Source: Antedon mediterranea (taxonomy: Eukaryota > Animalia > Echinodermata). From it: a stretch of DNA of 64,000 bases. This document shows, one piece after another, positions 12,905 through 25,600 of the stretch. The notes beneath the pieces are model-generated. The model made no database searches. It was not told where the DNA came from and worked only from the letters and a program-made list of their open reading frames with translations. The DNA lies in NCBI RefSeq assembly GCF_964355755.1, contig NC_092677.1, positions 1 through 64,000 on the forward strand, in the 5' to 3' direction. The translations under genes and the position numbers were made by a program. Numbering within the stretch: the stretch's first letter is position 1; each line of letters starts with the position of its first letter.

Positions 12905-13529
12905 TCATGATGTACATATTATTGTACAAAATCCAACTTTATGTACAGTTTACATGGGTTTTTATCTGTAGGTAGATTTTCTAATCATGATGTACATATT
13001 ATTGTACAAATCCAACTTTATGTACAGTTTACATGGGTTTTTCTGTAGGTAGATTTTCTAATCATGATGTACATATTATTGTACAAATCCAACTTTATGT
13101 ACAGTTTACATGGGTTTTTCTGTAGGTAGATTTTCTAATCATGATGTACATATTATTGTACAAATCCAACTTTATGTACAGTTTACATGGGTTTTTCTGT
13201 AGGTAGATTTTCTAATCATGATGTACATATTATTGTACAAATCGAACTTTATGTACAGTTTACATGGGTTTTTTTCTGTAGGTAGATTTTCTAATCATGA
13301 TGTACATATTATTGTACAAATCCAACTTTATGTACAGTTTACATGGGTTTTTCTGTAGGTAGATTTTCTAATCATGATGTACATATTATTGTACAAATCC
13401 AACTTTATGTACAGTTTACATGGGTTTTTATCTGTAGGTAGATTTTCTAATCATGATGTACATATTATTGTACAAATCCAACTTTATGTACAGTTTACAT
13501 GGGTTTTCCTGTAGGTAGATTTTCTAATC
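12905..13529. repeat. ~77-bp tandem array (8 copies) between the convergent kinase and REXO4 stop codons
   Basis: Unit TCATGATGTACATATTATTGTACAAATCC...GATTTTCTAA. Confidence 0.95.
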
Positions 13530-13601
13530 TTTATAGTTTCTCATGAAATACATGCACATTTTGTATCAAGTTTGCATTTCAACTTTTTTTCTAACAATAA
13601 T

Positions 13602-16600
13602 TTACCTACGTTTCTTCTGTAAATTTCTAATTTTAAATATTTTGATCTTTCTTCTTTTCTCATCTTTGATAGATTTTGAGTCATTTGTACAAAAATATTT
13701 TGTCTGTTTTAATACTCCTTTAGATTTGTTTGACCTTTCCCACTCTTTCCTATTTAACATGTACAGCTTCATTGCCACACAAGCATCCTCAATCTTTAAA
13801 AAAAAAACGAAATACAAGTTCAATAAAAAAATAAATCCAATTTATTGAGACAGTGAAGCGAGGGAACTTAATGTTGCGCTGCATTTAAAAAAATAATATG
13901 TAGCAGTATAAAGTTGACAACACTAAATTGCTGAAAATGTTGTAGACTGGTGGCAACAAATTCTTATATTGTTTACTTACAGAATCATGTTGACCAGCTT
14001 ATATTGTTTACTTACAGAATCATGTTGACCAGCTTGTATGGTTTTATTCAATATCACTTGGGCCAGCTTTTTCAGGCTTGGTTTAGATCCCTTCAAATTA
14101 AATAAGTCATAATGTAAATAATTTTCACTAATATTGGTAACTTTGGTTTATGTTTCAAACAATTAAATAAAATATGTTTAATTTATTTTATAACATGGGT
14201 TCAAGGATGTACCCAATCGGACGCGCTGAAATGAGTCGTGTGTGCGCTTTTTATTTTTTCACTATCAAGTCATACAAAAAGTGCGCAGCAAAAAAGCATA
14301 ACAGCACTCTGTGTGTAAATCGTATTGCAAAATCTTGCTATGATCGCTTCACGATTTACAACCAGGTCGTCTGCAGCGTGGCCCCCATTAACAGCACTCT
14401 GTGTGTAAATCGTATTGCAAAATCTTGCTATGATCGCCTCACGATTTACAACCAGGTCGTCTGCAGCGTGGCCCCATTAAAAAAGAAAAACAAACACACC
14501 AATGTACTTTATATCAATTCTGCTACACGAAATTTTGCTAATGATGCATCTAGGGCAAGATGTTGAACATTGCCACAAAACGCGAGGCAATCTGATTTGA
14601 TTTATCTTATATCCTAACTTTGATTATGTGGGTTAGACAATATGCTCTTTCCACTAATGTGTTTTTGCAAATAAACTGATTATTATACTTACTTTATTCA
14701 ATCTTCTAAAGGGTTTATAGTCTGATGTATCTCTAACTTTCCTCCGTGGATGGCCAAGGAATAAAACCTTCAAAATAAATAAGACTCTGAACAAAATAGA
14801 AGTGTATGATCCACTTCAGCAAACTCACAAACTTCATTGTCTTACTTGCCAAAATAAATATACAGGGCTAACACAATTATCTACAATATTTAACTAAAAA
14901 ATACAGCAAAAAGGGCTAAATAACTAGCTCAAAAATCACCATCTAAATCTTGCCTTATCCTAAGTATTTTACTATTTGACCTACTAGTGTACCTTAAGAT
15001 CATTTGACAATGCATGGCCCACTATAATCCGATCTTTAAAAATATCAGCTACTTCTCTCTGTACATCTTGAAATTCTTCCCCTATTAAAAGTAATATATG
15101 TTAGCTTTTTTTAAAATCTATTGGTACAAAAAAGTTTCTAATGTGCTTTAATGCCACTAACATCTCCTAAAATCAGTCACTTTATCCATTAACGGCCCCA
15201 GAAGAAATATCCCCTCCACTTGTTTTTTACAGGGTTCGTACGCGTCTTTAAATTCCTTGAAGGTCATGGAAAAATAAATCTCTTTTTTCAAGTACTGGAA
15301 AGTCCTTGAAATTGGCATTTGTCCTTGAATGTCCTGAAAATTGTTAAAATACAATAAAGTTATATGAATTCTTTTTAATAAAGTTTTGAAAACACTGAAC
15401 AATAAAAGTATTAAGTATGAAAGTACATGGAAGATAACAACGTTTGTACGTGCCGACTTTTCCGCCGCCGATAAATGCTCGTACATGAAATAGGCTTTCT
15501 TATCAGGTTGGTTGTTGACTGCAGAACGCCACTGGCCAGTGATGTTCAGATGACAATCACCTTGAAAAAACTTTGCCCAACTATTCTTTTGTTCCCCCAC
15601 AGTACATTATTGCATAATAGCTATTACTATTGAAATAAATACTTGGCCCTTTTTGTGTTCCGATTTTGTTTAAACATTAATTTAACGAATGTAATATTGC
15701 AAACATGCATAGCATTTTAGCATTACACTTTAATTAGTGACTATACTCGCATTCTATTTATAGCCTCTGATAAGCTATAAATAGAATGCGAGTATAGTGA
15801 CCTCTCTCAGCGAGGCTCTCTCACACCGCAAGCGTGTATATTAGCGGTCTCTATATGGCTGCCGATGAGTTTTTTATCGTGCTTTTCTCGTCAGTGGAAA
15901 TCTATCCAACATGTCACGCGTACATGCTTTTTTCAAGAGTCCTGGCTTTTTGATAGCAAATTTTCCCCGTGGATTAACCGTGCGTCAATAAAAACGGAGG
16001 CAAAGTGTAAACTATGTAGAAAAACATTTGATATCTCCAACATGGGACGGTCGGCGTTAATATCTCATCAAAACGGAAAAAAATAAAAAGCATAAACAAC
16101 AAATGGAGTTGAGGTTTAACAATACGACGCAAGAAGTTAATCAATTTTTTAGTAAGTCCAACCCAACAACATCCACCAGTAAATCTAATAGTACCATCAC
16201 CAGTATTATTGAACAACAAGACATACCAGGCACTAGTGTTGATAATAGTATACCGAAACGTACGAACCCAAGTGGCCCGGCGACGATGCAGTATTTCAGT
16301 AGTAGTGAGGAGATTCGTAAAGCAGAAATATTGTGGGCCTTATTCATGACTAACCGGCACTATTCGAACAAGTCGATGGATGAAATAAATGAAGTATTCC
16401 AGGCGATGTTTCCAGATAGTGGAATAGCTGCAAAATTTAGTTGTGGTGAAAAAAAGTCTGCTTATGTTGTTAATTATGGGTTAGCGCCATATTTTAGGTA
16501 AGTTTTGTTTGATATCGATTGATATAGGCCTACAATTTAGATTAAATAAATAATTGTAATAGGCATTTCTGTATTGAGCCTGGTGAGTATGAAAAACAAA

Positions 16601-19600
16601 TGTTTTTAGTCTAAGTTTTGTTCATTTTAGGTCATTACTTCTGAAACGTGTTACGGATGAGTCAGATTACGTTCTACTATTTGATAAAAGTCTAAACAAA
16701 GGTACACAACTAAAGCAAATGGATATCCATGTCCGATTTTGGGCTAACAACCACGTGGAAACTAGATTCTTTGATAGTACATTCATGGGTCATGCTACTG
16801 CTGAGAAAGTCGTCACCGATTTTAAGATATGTGCAGACAAACTAAATCTCGCAAAATTACTTCAAATCGGTATGGATGGTCCAAACGTCAATTGGAAGTT
16901 TTATAAACTTCTCTCTGCCGATATAAAGACGAATTACAATACATCAGTTCTCAACATTGGGTCGTGTGGCCTTCATGTAATGCACAATGGGTTTCAAAGT
17001 GGTGTGCAGTCAATTGATTGGAAGGTCTACAACATACTGTCTAGTTTACAAATACTGTTCAAAGACACCCCTGCTCGTCGGGAAGATTTTGAGAACGCTA
17101 CTGGCACACATGTGTTTGGCCTTAAGTTTTGTAAACACAGATGGGTGGAGAATGCTGCAGTTGCGAAGCGGTTTCTCAGTGTTTTTCCGCACCTTAAAAC
17201 GTACATCAAGCAGGTGACCGAAAAGAAAATAAATGACCCAAAAACAAAGTCGTATGACACTCTGAAGGCTGCTTCAGTAGACTTATTTACGGTGCCCAGA
17301 ATGCACTTTTTTGTGATGGTGGCCACACAAATGGAAACGTTTCTTAAAAAATATCAAACAGATCAACCAATGATACCGTTTCTTGAGAAAGATCTAGTGG
17401 CATGTTTGAGAGGGCTATTGAGATTGGTCATTAAACCAGACGTCCTTTCCGGGCTCGTGAATGGCCAAAGTTTCACTAACTTTAATATAGATGAAACGAA
17501 AAACCATTTACTTGCTAACAAAGTAGACTGTGGAATATTAGCTTCAGAGCATATAAAGGAGTTGATCAAGAAAAAGAAGGTGTCCGAGTTACAAGAACTC
17601 GCGTTTAAAAATGAGTGTAAGACCATGGTTCTTACAATTGTTAAGAAAGTGCTATCTAAATGCCCACTTGGTTTCAGAATCGTTCAAAAAGCGAAATTTC
17701 TCGATCCAAGAAATTTTTGTTTAAGTGGTAATGCGCGATCTCTTAATGTTGGTAGACTAAAGGCTGTATTAAAAATATTAGCAGACAACCAAAAAATCAA
17801 CCATGACATGTGTGATGAAATTGTTAATCAGGCAAACGAATTCTATGATTTTGTTGTGTTAAATAATTTATCAGATTTCACTGAATACGATCCTAAATGT
17901 AGAATTGACGAATTTTACTATGACCGCCTTAGCAAAACCACTAAGTATCACGCATTCTGGGGGGTAGTAAAATTGATTCTAATGCTTTCCCATGGCCAGG
18001 CGACTGTTGAGAGAGGTTTTAGTGTAAACAAGGAGGTAGCGGCTGTCAATATGTCAGAGAGTACATATGTTTCGAAGCGCGTTGTATGCGGTCACATAGC
18101 TTCAGTTGGTGGTGTTTTGTCTGTAAAGATAACGCCCCAATTAATTACTTCTGTGAGTGGGGCTAGGCAACGCTATAATCTCCATCTTGATAATGAAAAA
18201 CGTAAAGCGGCAGAATCTTCAAAGGCTATTAAGAGAAAATCGACGATCGATGAGTTAGATAACTTAAAGAAAGCCAAAAAACGATGTATTGCTGATATTA
18301 TGGGTTTAGAAAAATCGTCTGCAAAGTTTTCCGATCAAGCTGAAAGTAAAGGTAGTCTTACCCTCATTGCCAAAGCTAATAGCTTGCGTAGAACCGCTTC
18401 TGAAAAAAAAGAGCAATTAGCTCAACTAGAGGAAGACATTAGACATAAATTAGAGGAAATCAAAAATAGCTAGGCTATTGTGTAGATTAAATTAGCAGAA
18501 ATTGCTAAGTTGTAAAAAATAAACAATGTAAAAATCTCATGTGTTTATGATCGTTTTGAATAAAGTTCAGAGTGAATTAGAATATGGTTTGATTTCTTTT
18601 ATTTATACCTTCTAAAAAAAACATACGATATACAGAAACGGCATTTAAACTCCGAATTCCGAACGAATTGTAGAACGTCATCCTATAGTAGTATCAAATT
18701 ACCAAATATCGTCGACAGTGCAGTGACTATGGAAACATCAGCCTTTGTTCAATACACGCCGTGACTACCCTCGATAGGCGCGGAAGTCTGGCGCGGTTCC
18801 ACAAAGGCTTTACCAGGGAGTTGTTACAACTCTTTACGCTTTACTACCGTTACGTGTCATTTTACTCGATTTCCCACGCCTATGTTTTCAGTACTGTATG
18901 TTTTTTTAGTGGCTACAGTTAGTACTTGAATTTCTGAAAAACATCGTAACTACGAATTCATTTTTTTTATTAATCTGTTGAACTTAATATTTAGGTATAA
19001 TAATGTCCTTGAAATTTTAAAATGTTGACATTGAATGTCCTTGAAATGTCCTGGAATTTTACTAGCTCACAGGTGTACGAACCCTGTTTTTAGGAAAAAC
19101 CCCAGAATGTGTTATATGTATTTGCTGTAGTGTTGAGTACGAGTGCAATTTCCAGCCATCTAGAGGTGTAATTTTCTCATTCTATTGTCACTGTTGTAAT
19201 TCCTATCTTTGCACATGATATTGTATGCGTAATAAAAAGGAGTGTATGTTGGGTTAAAATAGGCCTAATTTAGATACCACTACCTTTTTGGATGTATGTG
19301 TTTTCGCTGTTGAAGTCTAGGAATTCCCCTTTTAAAACACATGCATCATCAAACCACAAAGTTAGTTATAGTTTGCCGATTTATTTTAATAATAAACATT
19401 TTGAACGCATGTCATTTAAGGATTGAAATGTGCTTGTAAATTGATTAAAACTATTTAAAATTGCTCAGAAAGAAAGCTTCCACAAAATGCTCAATTCACT
19501 TTTATTTTTCCCCTCACCTTTCAAAAACAGATCTGCGTCGTTGTCCATGCCTGCCTGCCTGATTGGATGTGGGTATAAAAAGGTTGCTAAATGTGCTTAC

Positions 19601-22600
19601 CTGATTGGATATGGTGTGCTTTAATGCCACTAACATCTGTCCTATAATCAGTCACTTTCTCTCTTGGTTTAACATATTTGTCATAAACACATTTTCCAAA
19701 TTCATTCACAATTGAAACTCTAGCTAAAATGCTCTCCTGTCCCTTGTAGCCAACACCTACCATTTCACAATCAACAGCAACATGTTTTGTTAAGCTGTGA
19801 ATAAATGAGAAAGACCACTGTGTTGGTTTCCCATTTGGACACAACACAAGGGTGTATTTTCATTTCAAAGACCTTTATTTTCCTCCATAGCAATACAATA
19901 CAAAATAGTATACAGAAATGATAAGGTAAATTAATTAAGATTATGATGATTGTTGGATGGACAAAAGAAAATAGGCTATGGAGGAAGACATAATTCCAAG
20001 AAGATGTGGGTATCTTGTGCTGGGTATGCCTATGCAAATAAAATGGATATGCACAACACAAGTGAATTGACCAATCACAAGGGACAGTTTGGATGATGAA
20101 TTGCATGATTATTGGTCAAATTACTTGCATTGTGTCCTTGCATTCTAGTGTGAACCAAGCTTTTAGTCAACACAAAAAAATAGTTTTGTTGATAGAATTC
20201 CTACATACTGTAAACCTCATTTTCAAATAAGTTTTGTTAGATGTTAATGTTAGCTATACAGAGATATTTTATCAAACAACAAAAGATAAACTATTAATTG
20301 ACATACTTACCCATCTGTTCCTTCCTCATCAACAAGTGCAACTGACAGTTTTCTTTGCTTTAAATTATTAGAAGGTTCTAATAACATAGGATCTACATCA
20401 TCAAACCAAACATCCTCTTCCAATTCACCTGTTTGTCTACAATAGCAATAATACAAAATATAACATAGGATCTACATCATCAAACCTAACATCCTCTTCC
20501 AATTCACCTGTTTGTCTACAATAGCAATAATACAAAATATAACATAGGATCTACATCATCAAACCAAACATCCTCTTCCAATTCACCTGTTTGTCTACAA
20601 TAGCAATAATACAAAATATAACATAGGATCTACATCATCAAACCAAACATCCTCTTCCAATTCACCTGTTTGTCTACAATAGCAATAATACAAAATATAA
20701 CATAGGATCTACATCATCAAACCTAACATCCTCTTCCAATTCACCTGTTTGTCTACAATAGCAATAATACAAAATATAACATAGGATCTACATCATCAAA
20801 CCAAACATCCTCTTCCAATTCACCTGTTTGTCTACAATAGCAATAATACAAAATATAACATAGGATCTACATCATCAAACCTAACATCCTCTTCCAATTC
20901 ACCTGTTTGTCTACAATAGCAATAATACAAAATATAACATAGGATCTACATCATCAAACCAAACATCCTCTTCCAATTCACCTGTTTGTCTACAATAGCA
21001 ATAATATACAGATATTGACTGCTTAGAGGTTAAATATAAGATTTGACATCCCCGAGGGAATGATATTAAGTTCGAGGGAATATATATTTCCCGAAGCGCC
21101 AGCTGAGGGAAATATATATTCCCCGAGAACTTAATATCATTCCCGAGGGGATGTCAAATCTTATATTTAACCGATATAAAAGGCAATATCTGTTATATTA
21201 TATAGCCAAGAACAAGTCTGCTGGGTTGGGTGAAGCTAGGCTAGGCCTCCTATAGTATTTGTATTGTATTTAAAACAAGCCTGCCTAGACACCTTACCTT
21301 GCGAAGAATAATATACAGATAATTACTAATTAATGATTCCTTGGCAATAAAATATTCACTTAGGCCTAGGCCTAGGTCGTTTAAATTAACAGAAGAATTT
21401 CCATCAATAAGCCTATTAATAATAATATTATAATCAGGTAGGCCGAATAAACAATTCGTCTTCTCTCGATCTTCGAGGAGCCGAATCACCGGATGTTCAG
21501 CGCGTACTAGTTACTAGGTTACTACCGTGAATATTGACCAATCACAAACGGTGTTTCATCACATTTAGGGTGGACTTATAACAAATGAGGGCGCTATGTA
21601 TGCATAGCTTAAATAGTTTAGAAGATTAATTTCTTCAAGCAAATTCCGTGGCCCAGCGGATGAAACGTTGTCTTGCGATGGAGTGACAATTCCACCCGAG
21701 TTCAAGATCGAGTAGATGACTTTTGTTTATTTATCGGCAAACTCGAGTGTTGCACACGAAAATTACACAGTCAATATCATCGTACTCGAGAATTTATATG
21801 ATTAATGACAGGGGACACGATTATTACGCGAAAATTACACAGTCAATATCATCGTTCTCGAGGATATATACGATTTACGATCCTCGCAGCGGTAGTCATG
21901 TGATGCAGTTTCAACCAATCACGTTCGCGTATTTACATAGGCTATGTAATATTACAAAATATAACATAGGATCTACATCATCAAACCAAACATCCTCTTC
22001 CAATTCACCTGTTTGTCTACAATAGCAATAATACAAAATATAACATAGGATCTACATCATCAAACCAAACATCCTCTTCCAATTCACCTGTTTGTCTACA
22101 ATAGCAATAATACAAAATATAACATAGGATCTACATCATCAAACCTAACATCCTCTTCCAATTCACCTGTTTGTCTACAATAGCAATAATACAAAATATA
22201 ACATAGGATCTACATCATCAAACCAAACATCCTCTTCCAATTCACCTGTTTGTCTACAATAGCAATAATACAAAATATAACATAGGATCTACATCATCAA
22301 ACCAAACATCCTCTTCCAATTCACCTGTTTGTCTACAATAGCAATAATACAAAATATAACATAGGATCTACATCATCAAACCAAACATCCTCTTCCAATT
22401 CACCTGTTTGTCTACAATAGCAATAATACAAAATATAACATAGGATCTACATCATCAAACCAAACATCCTCTTCCAATTCACCTGTTTGTCTACAATAGC
22501 AATAATACAAAATATAACATAGGATCTACATCATCAAACCTAACATCCTCTTCCAATTCACCCGTTTGTCTACAATAGCAATAATACAAAATATAACATA

Positions 22601-25600
22601 GGATCTACATCATCAAACCTAACATCCTCTTCCAATTCACCTGTTTGTCTACAATAGCAATAATACAAAATATAACATAGGATCTACATCATCAAACCAA
22701 ACATCCTCTTCCAATTCACCCGTTTGTCTACAATAGCAATAATACAAAATATAACATAGGATCTACATCATCAAACCAAACATCCTCTTCCAATTCACCT
22801 GTTTGTCTACAATAGCAATAATACAAAATATAACATAGGATCTACATCATCAAACCAAACATCCTCTTCCAATTCACCTGTTTGTCTACAATAGCAATAA
22901 TACAAAATATAACATAGGATCTACATCATCAAACCAAACATCCTCTTCCAATTCACCTGTTTGTCTACAATAGCAATAATAAAAAATATAACATAGGATC
23001 TACATCATCAAACCAAACATCCTCTTCCAATTCACCCGTTTGTCTACAATAGCAATAATACAAAATATAACATAGGATCTACATCATCAAACCAAACATC
23101 CTCTTCCAATTCACCCGTTTGTCTACAATAGCAATAATACAAAATATAACATAGGATCTACATCATCAAACCAAACATCCTCTTCCAATTCACCCGTTTG
23201 TCTACAATAGCAATAATACAAAATATAACATAGGATCTACATCATCAAACCAAACATCCTCTTCCAATTCACCCGTTTGTCTACAATAGCAATAATACAA
23301 ACTAGATTTGAACTCGTCACTACGGACGAGTTAGGTTATCCGCAGTGCAAAAGCCACGTGCACGTCATACGTTAGAATAGTGCGCGCAAAAAAATAAAAC
23401 GATTATGGCATTGAAAAATGTTAGTGCGCTCTCTATGTTGCGTCGCGTCTAAGTATATACGGTATAACACTATATACTGTATACGTACTACATACAGTGC
23501 AGAATAGGTGAAAATAAGTGACCAAAGTTATTGACGCATTTGAACATGATGACGTCATCACAATTTTTTAAATGGTAGATCATGCGAAAGGTAATTGATT
23601 GATCTAGACAATATAAAAAAATTGAGTGAAATGGAATAAGGATAAGTAGAGATGCGCTCTATTAAATTGACGAGCTATGACGAAAGAGAAAAAAATCCTA
23701 TATTTTATATTCGGGTGGCCATACGATGACGTCACAATGTCTGGTTAGCCCTATCAATGCATGATTCGAGAAAAACAACTCATCTACTTCCAGAATCTGA
23801 AATTTTAAATATTTTCACCTCGGAGTTTAGAATCTATGACTTTTTAAAAAAAGGCATAATTTTCACAAATTTTTGAACTTTTTCATCAAAAACGCGCGCA
23901 AATTGTTCAATTCTACGTGCTCGTATGACGTGATTTTAAGTCGAAATTGATTGAAAATTGGTAAATGTACTAGAAAAGGCAGAAAAAACAAAAATCAAGC
24001 AAAAAAAAGATGTTTTTGCGCTACGTGCGCACGCGCGCGTAAAAAATATGCGCACGCTTGGGAATTTTTGAAATGCTCAAAATGACCTGAAACGCGTAGA
24101 AAGTTGATTAGAAATGAATTTTTCGCAATTTGAAATTTTAAACGCGCGTGCGCGCGTAACTTTATGTCAAACATGCCATTTTTAATCCATAGAAAGTTTG
24201 CCCTTGATATGACTTAAATGTTCACCAAGTGTCATTACAAAATGACTTTTGCTTTTTAGTCTATGTTAAATACGCGAAATTCATAAAATCGCGCGTAGCT
24301 TACGCTGCGCGACTCTAAAGTAAAAAAACGAGCTGTCCTGCACTTCTACACATAGAGGTAAATCTTCTGACAAAGTTATACGATGTAATGTTGATCAGAA
24401 TTTGAGATACACGTGACACAAAATTTTGGGAAAGAAAGAAGAATAACATAGAAAAAAAAAAAAAAAAACTAGACATGAAACTCGTCACTTTGACGAGTTA
24501 GTTATCCGCACGACAAACGCCACGTCCACGCCATACGTTGGAATATTGCACACGGAAAAAGATTATGGCATTATGACCTGAACTGAAGACTATGATATGG
24601 TGTTATTGCTGAATTCTATTATTTTGATTCATATATAGTATACACAGTGTAATCTGTATACATATCACATACAGTGTAGAATAGGGGAAATTACGGGACC
24701 CGCTATTTATTGCAATTTTTAACATGTTGATGGTTTTAAAATGAAACGCGAAGGTAGCAATTTTGGAAGGAAATTATCTCAGCAACAATATATTAACGTG
24801 TAGAAGAAATTTGAATGCGTGAAATATTAATGCGCGCTCTTTTAAATGTAATGAACTATGACGCAAAAGATGAAAATACGACTTTTTTTATTTAACTGGC
24901 CATATGATGACGTCACCACATCCGATTGGCAAAATTTTCACATGATTTTGTATCTAAAATCCAATAGCTTCAAGAAAACGTTTTAATCGTGATTATCACA
25001 TTTTATTCTTACGAGCTATAACAGATTAAAATTTACTGTAAAGATGAAATTAATGCCACACGTAATTTAAATTTTTAGGCATGATGACGTCATAAAAATT
25101 AAAATATTTTCAACTCATGCTAAAGATAGTTGATTGACCTAGACAATATCAAAATTGGGGTGAAAATGGAAAACGGATAAGTGGAGATGCCCTCTATTAA
25201 ATGTGAGGAGTTATGACGAAAGATACAAAAATCCAAAATTTCATATTCGCGTGGCCATACAATGACGTCAAAATGTCCTGTTAGCCATATTAATGCATGA
25301 TTTGATATCTAAAACTCATCAACTTCCAGAATATGTAATAAAAATAACTTTCACCGTGTAGTTTAGAAACTACGACTGTTTAAAAAAAGGCATAATTTTG
25401 ACGATTTTTTTAGCTTTTTGATCAAATACGCGCGCAAATTATTCAATTCGACGTGCTCGTAATGACGTAATTTTAAGTCGAAATTGTTTAAAAGTTAGTA
25501 AAATTACTAGAAAAGGCTGGAAAAACATAAATCACGCGAAAAAAGTATGTTTTTAAAGCTACGTGCGCCCCTCGCGCGTAAAAATTTGCGCCCGTGTGGG

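Noticed and set aside
16987-17626. Short alternative-frame and antisense ORFs within the transposase (likewise within the kinase, RT and ERG exons)
   Set aside because: Shadow ORFs of real coding sequence with no independent motifs.
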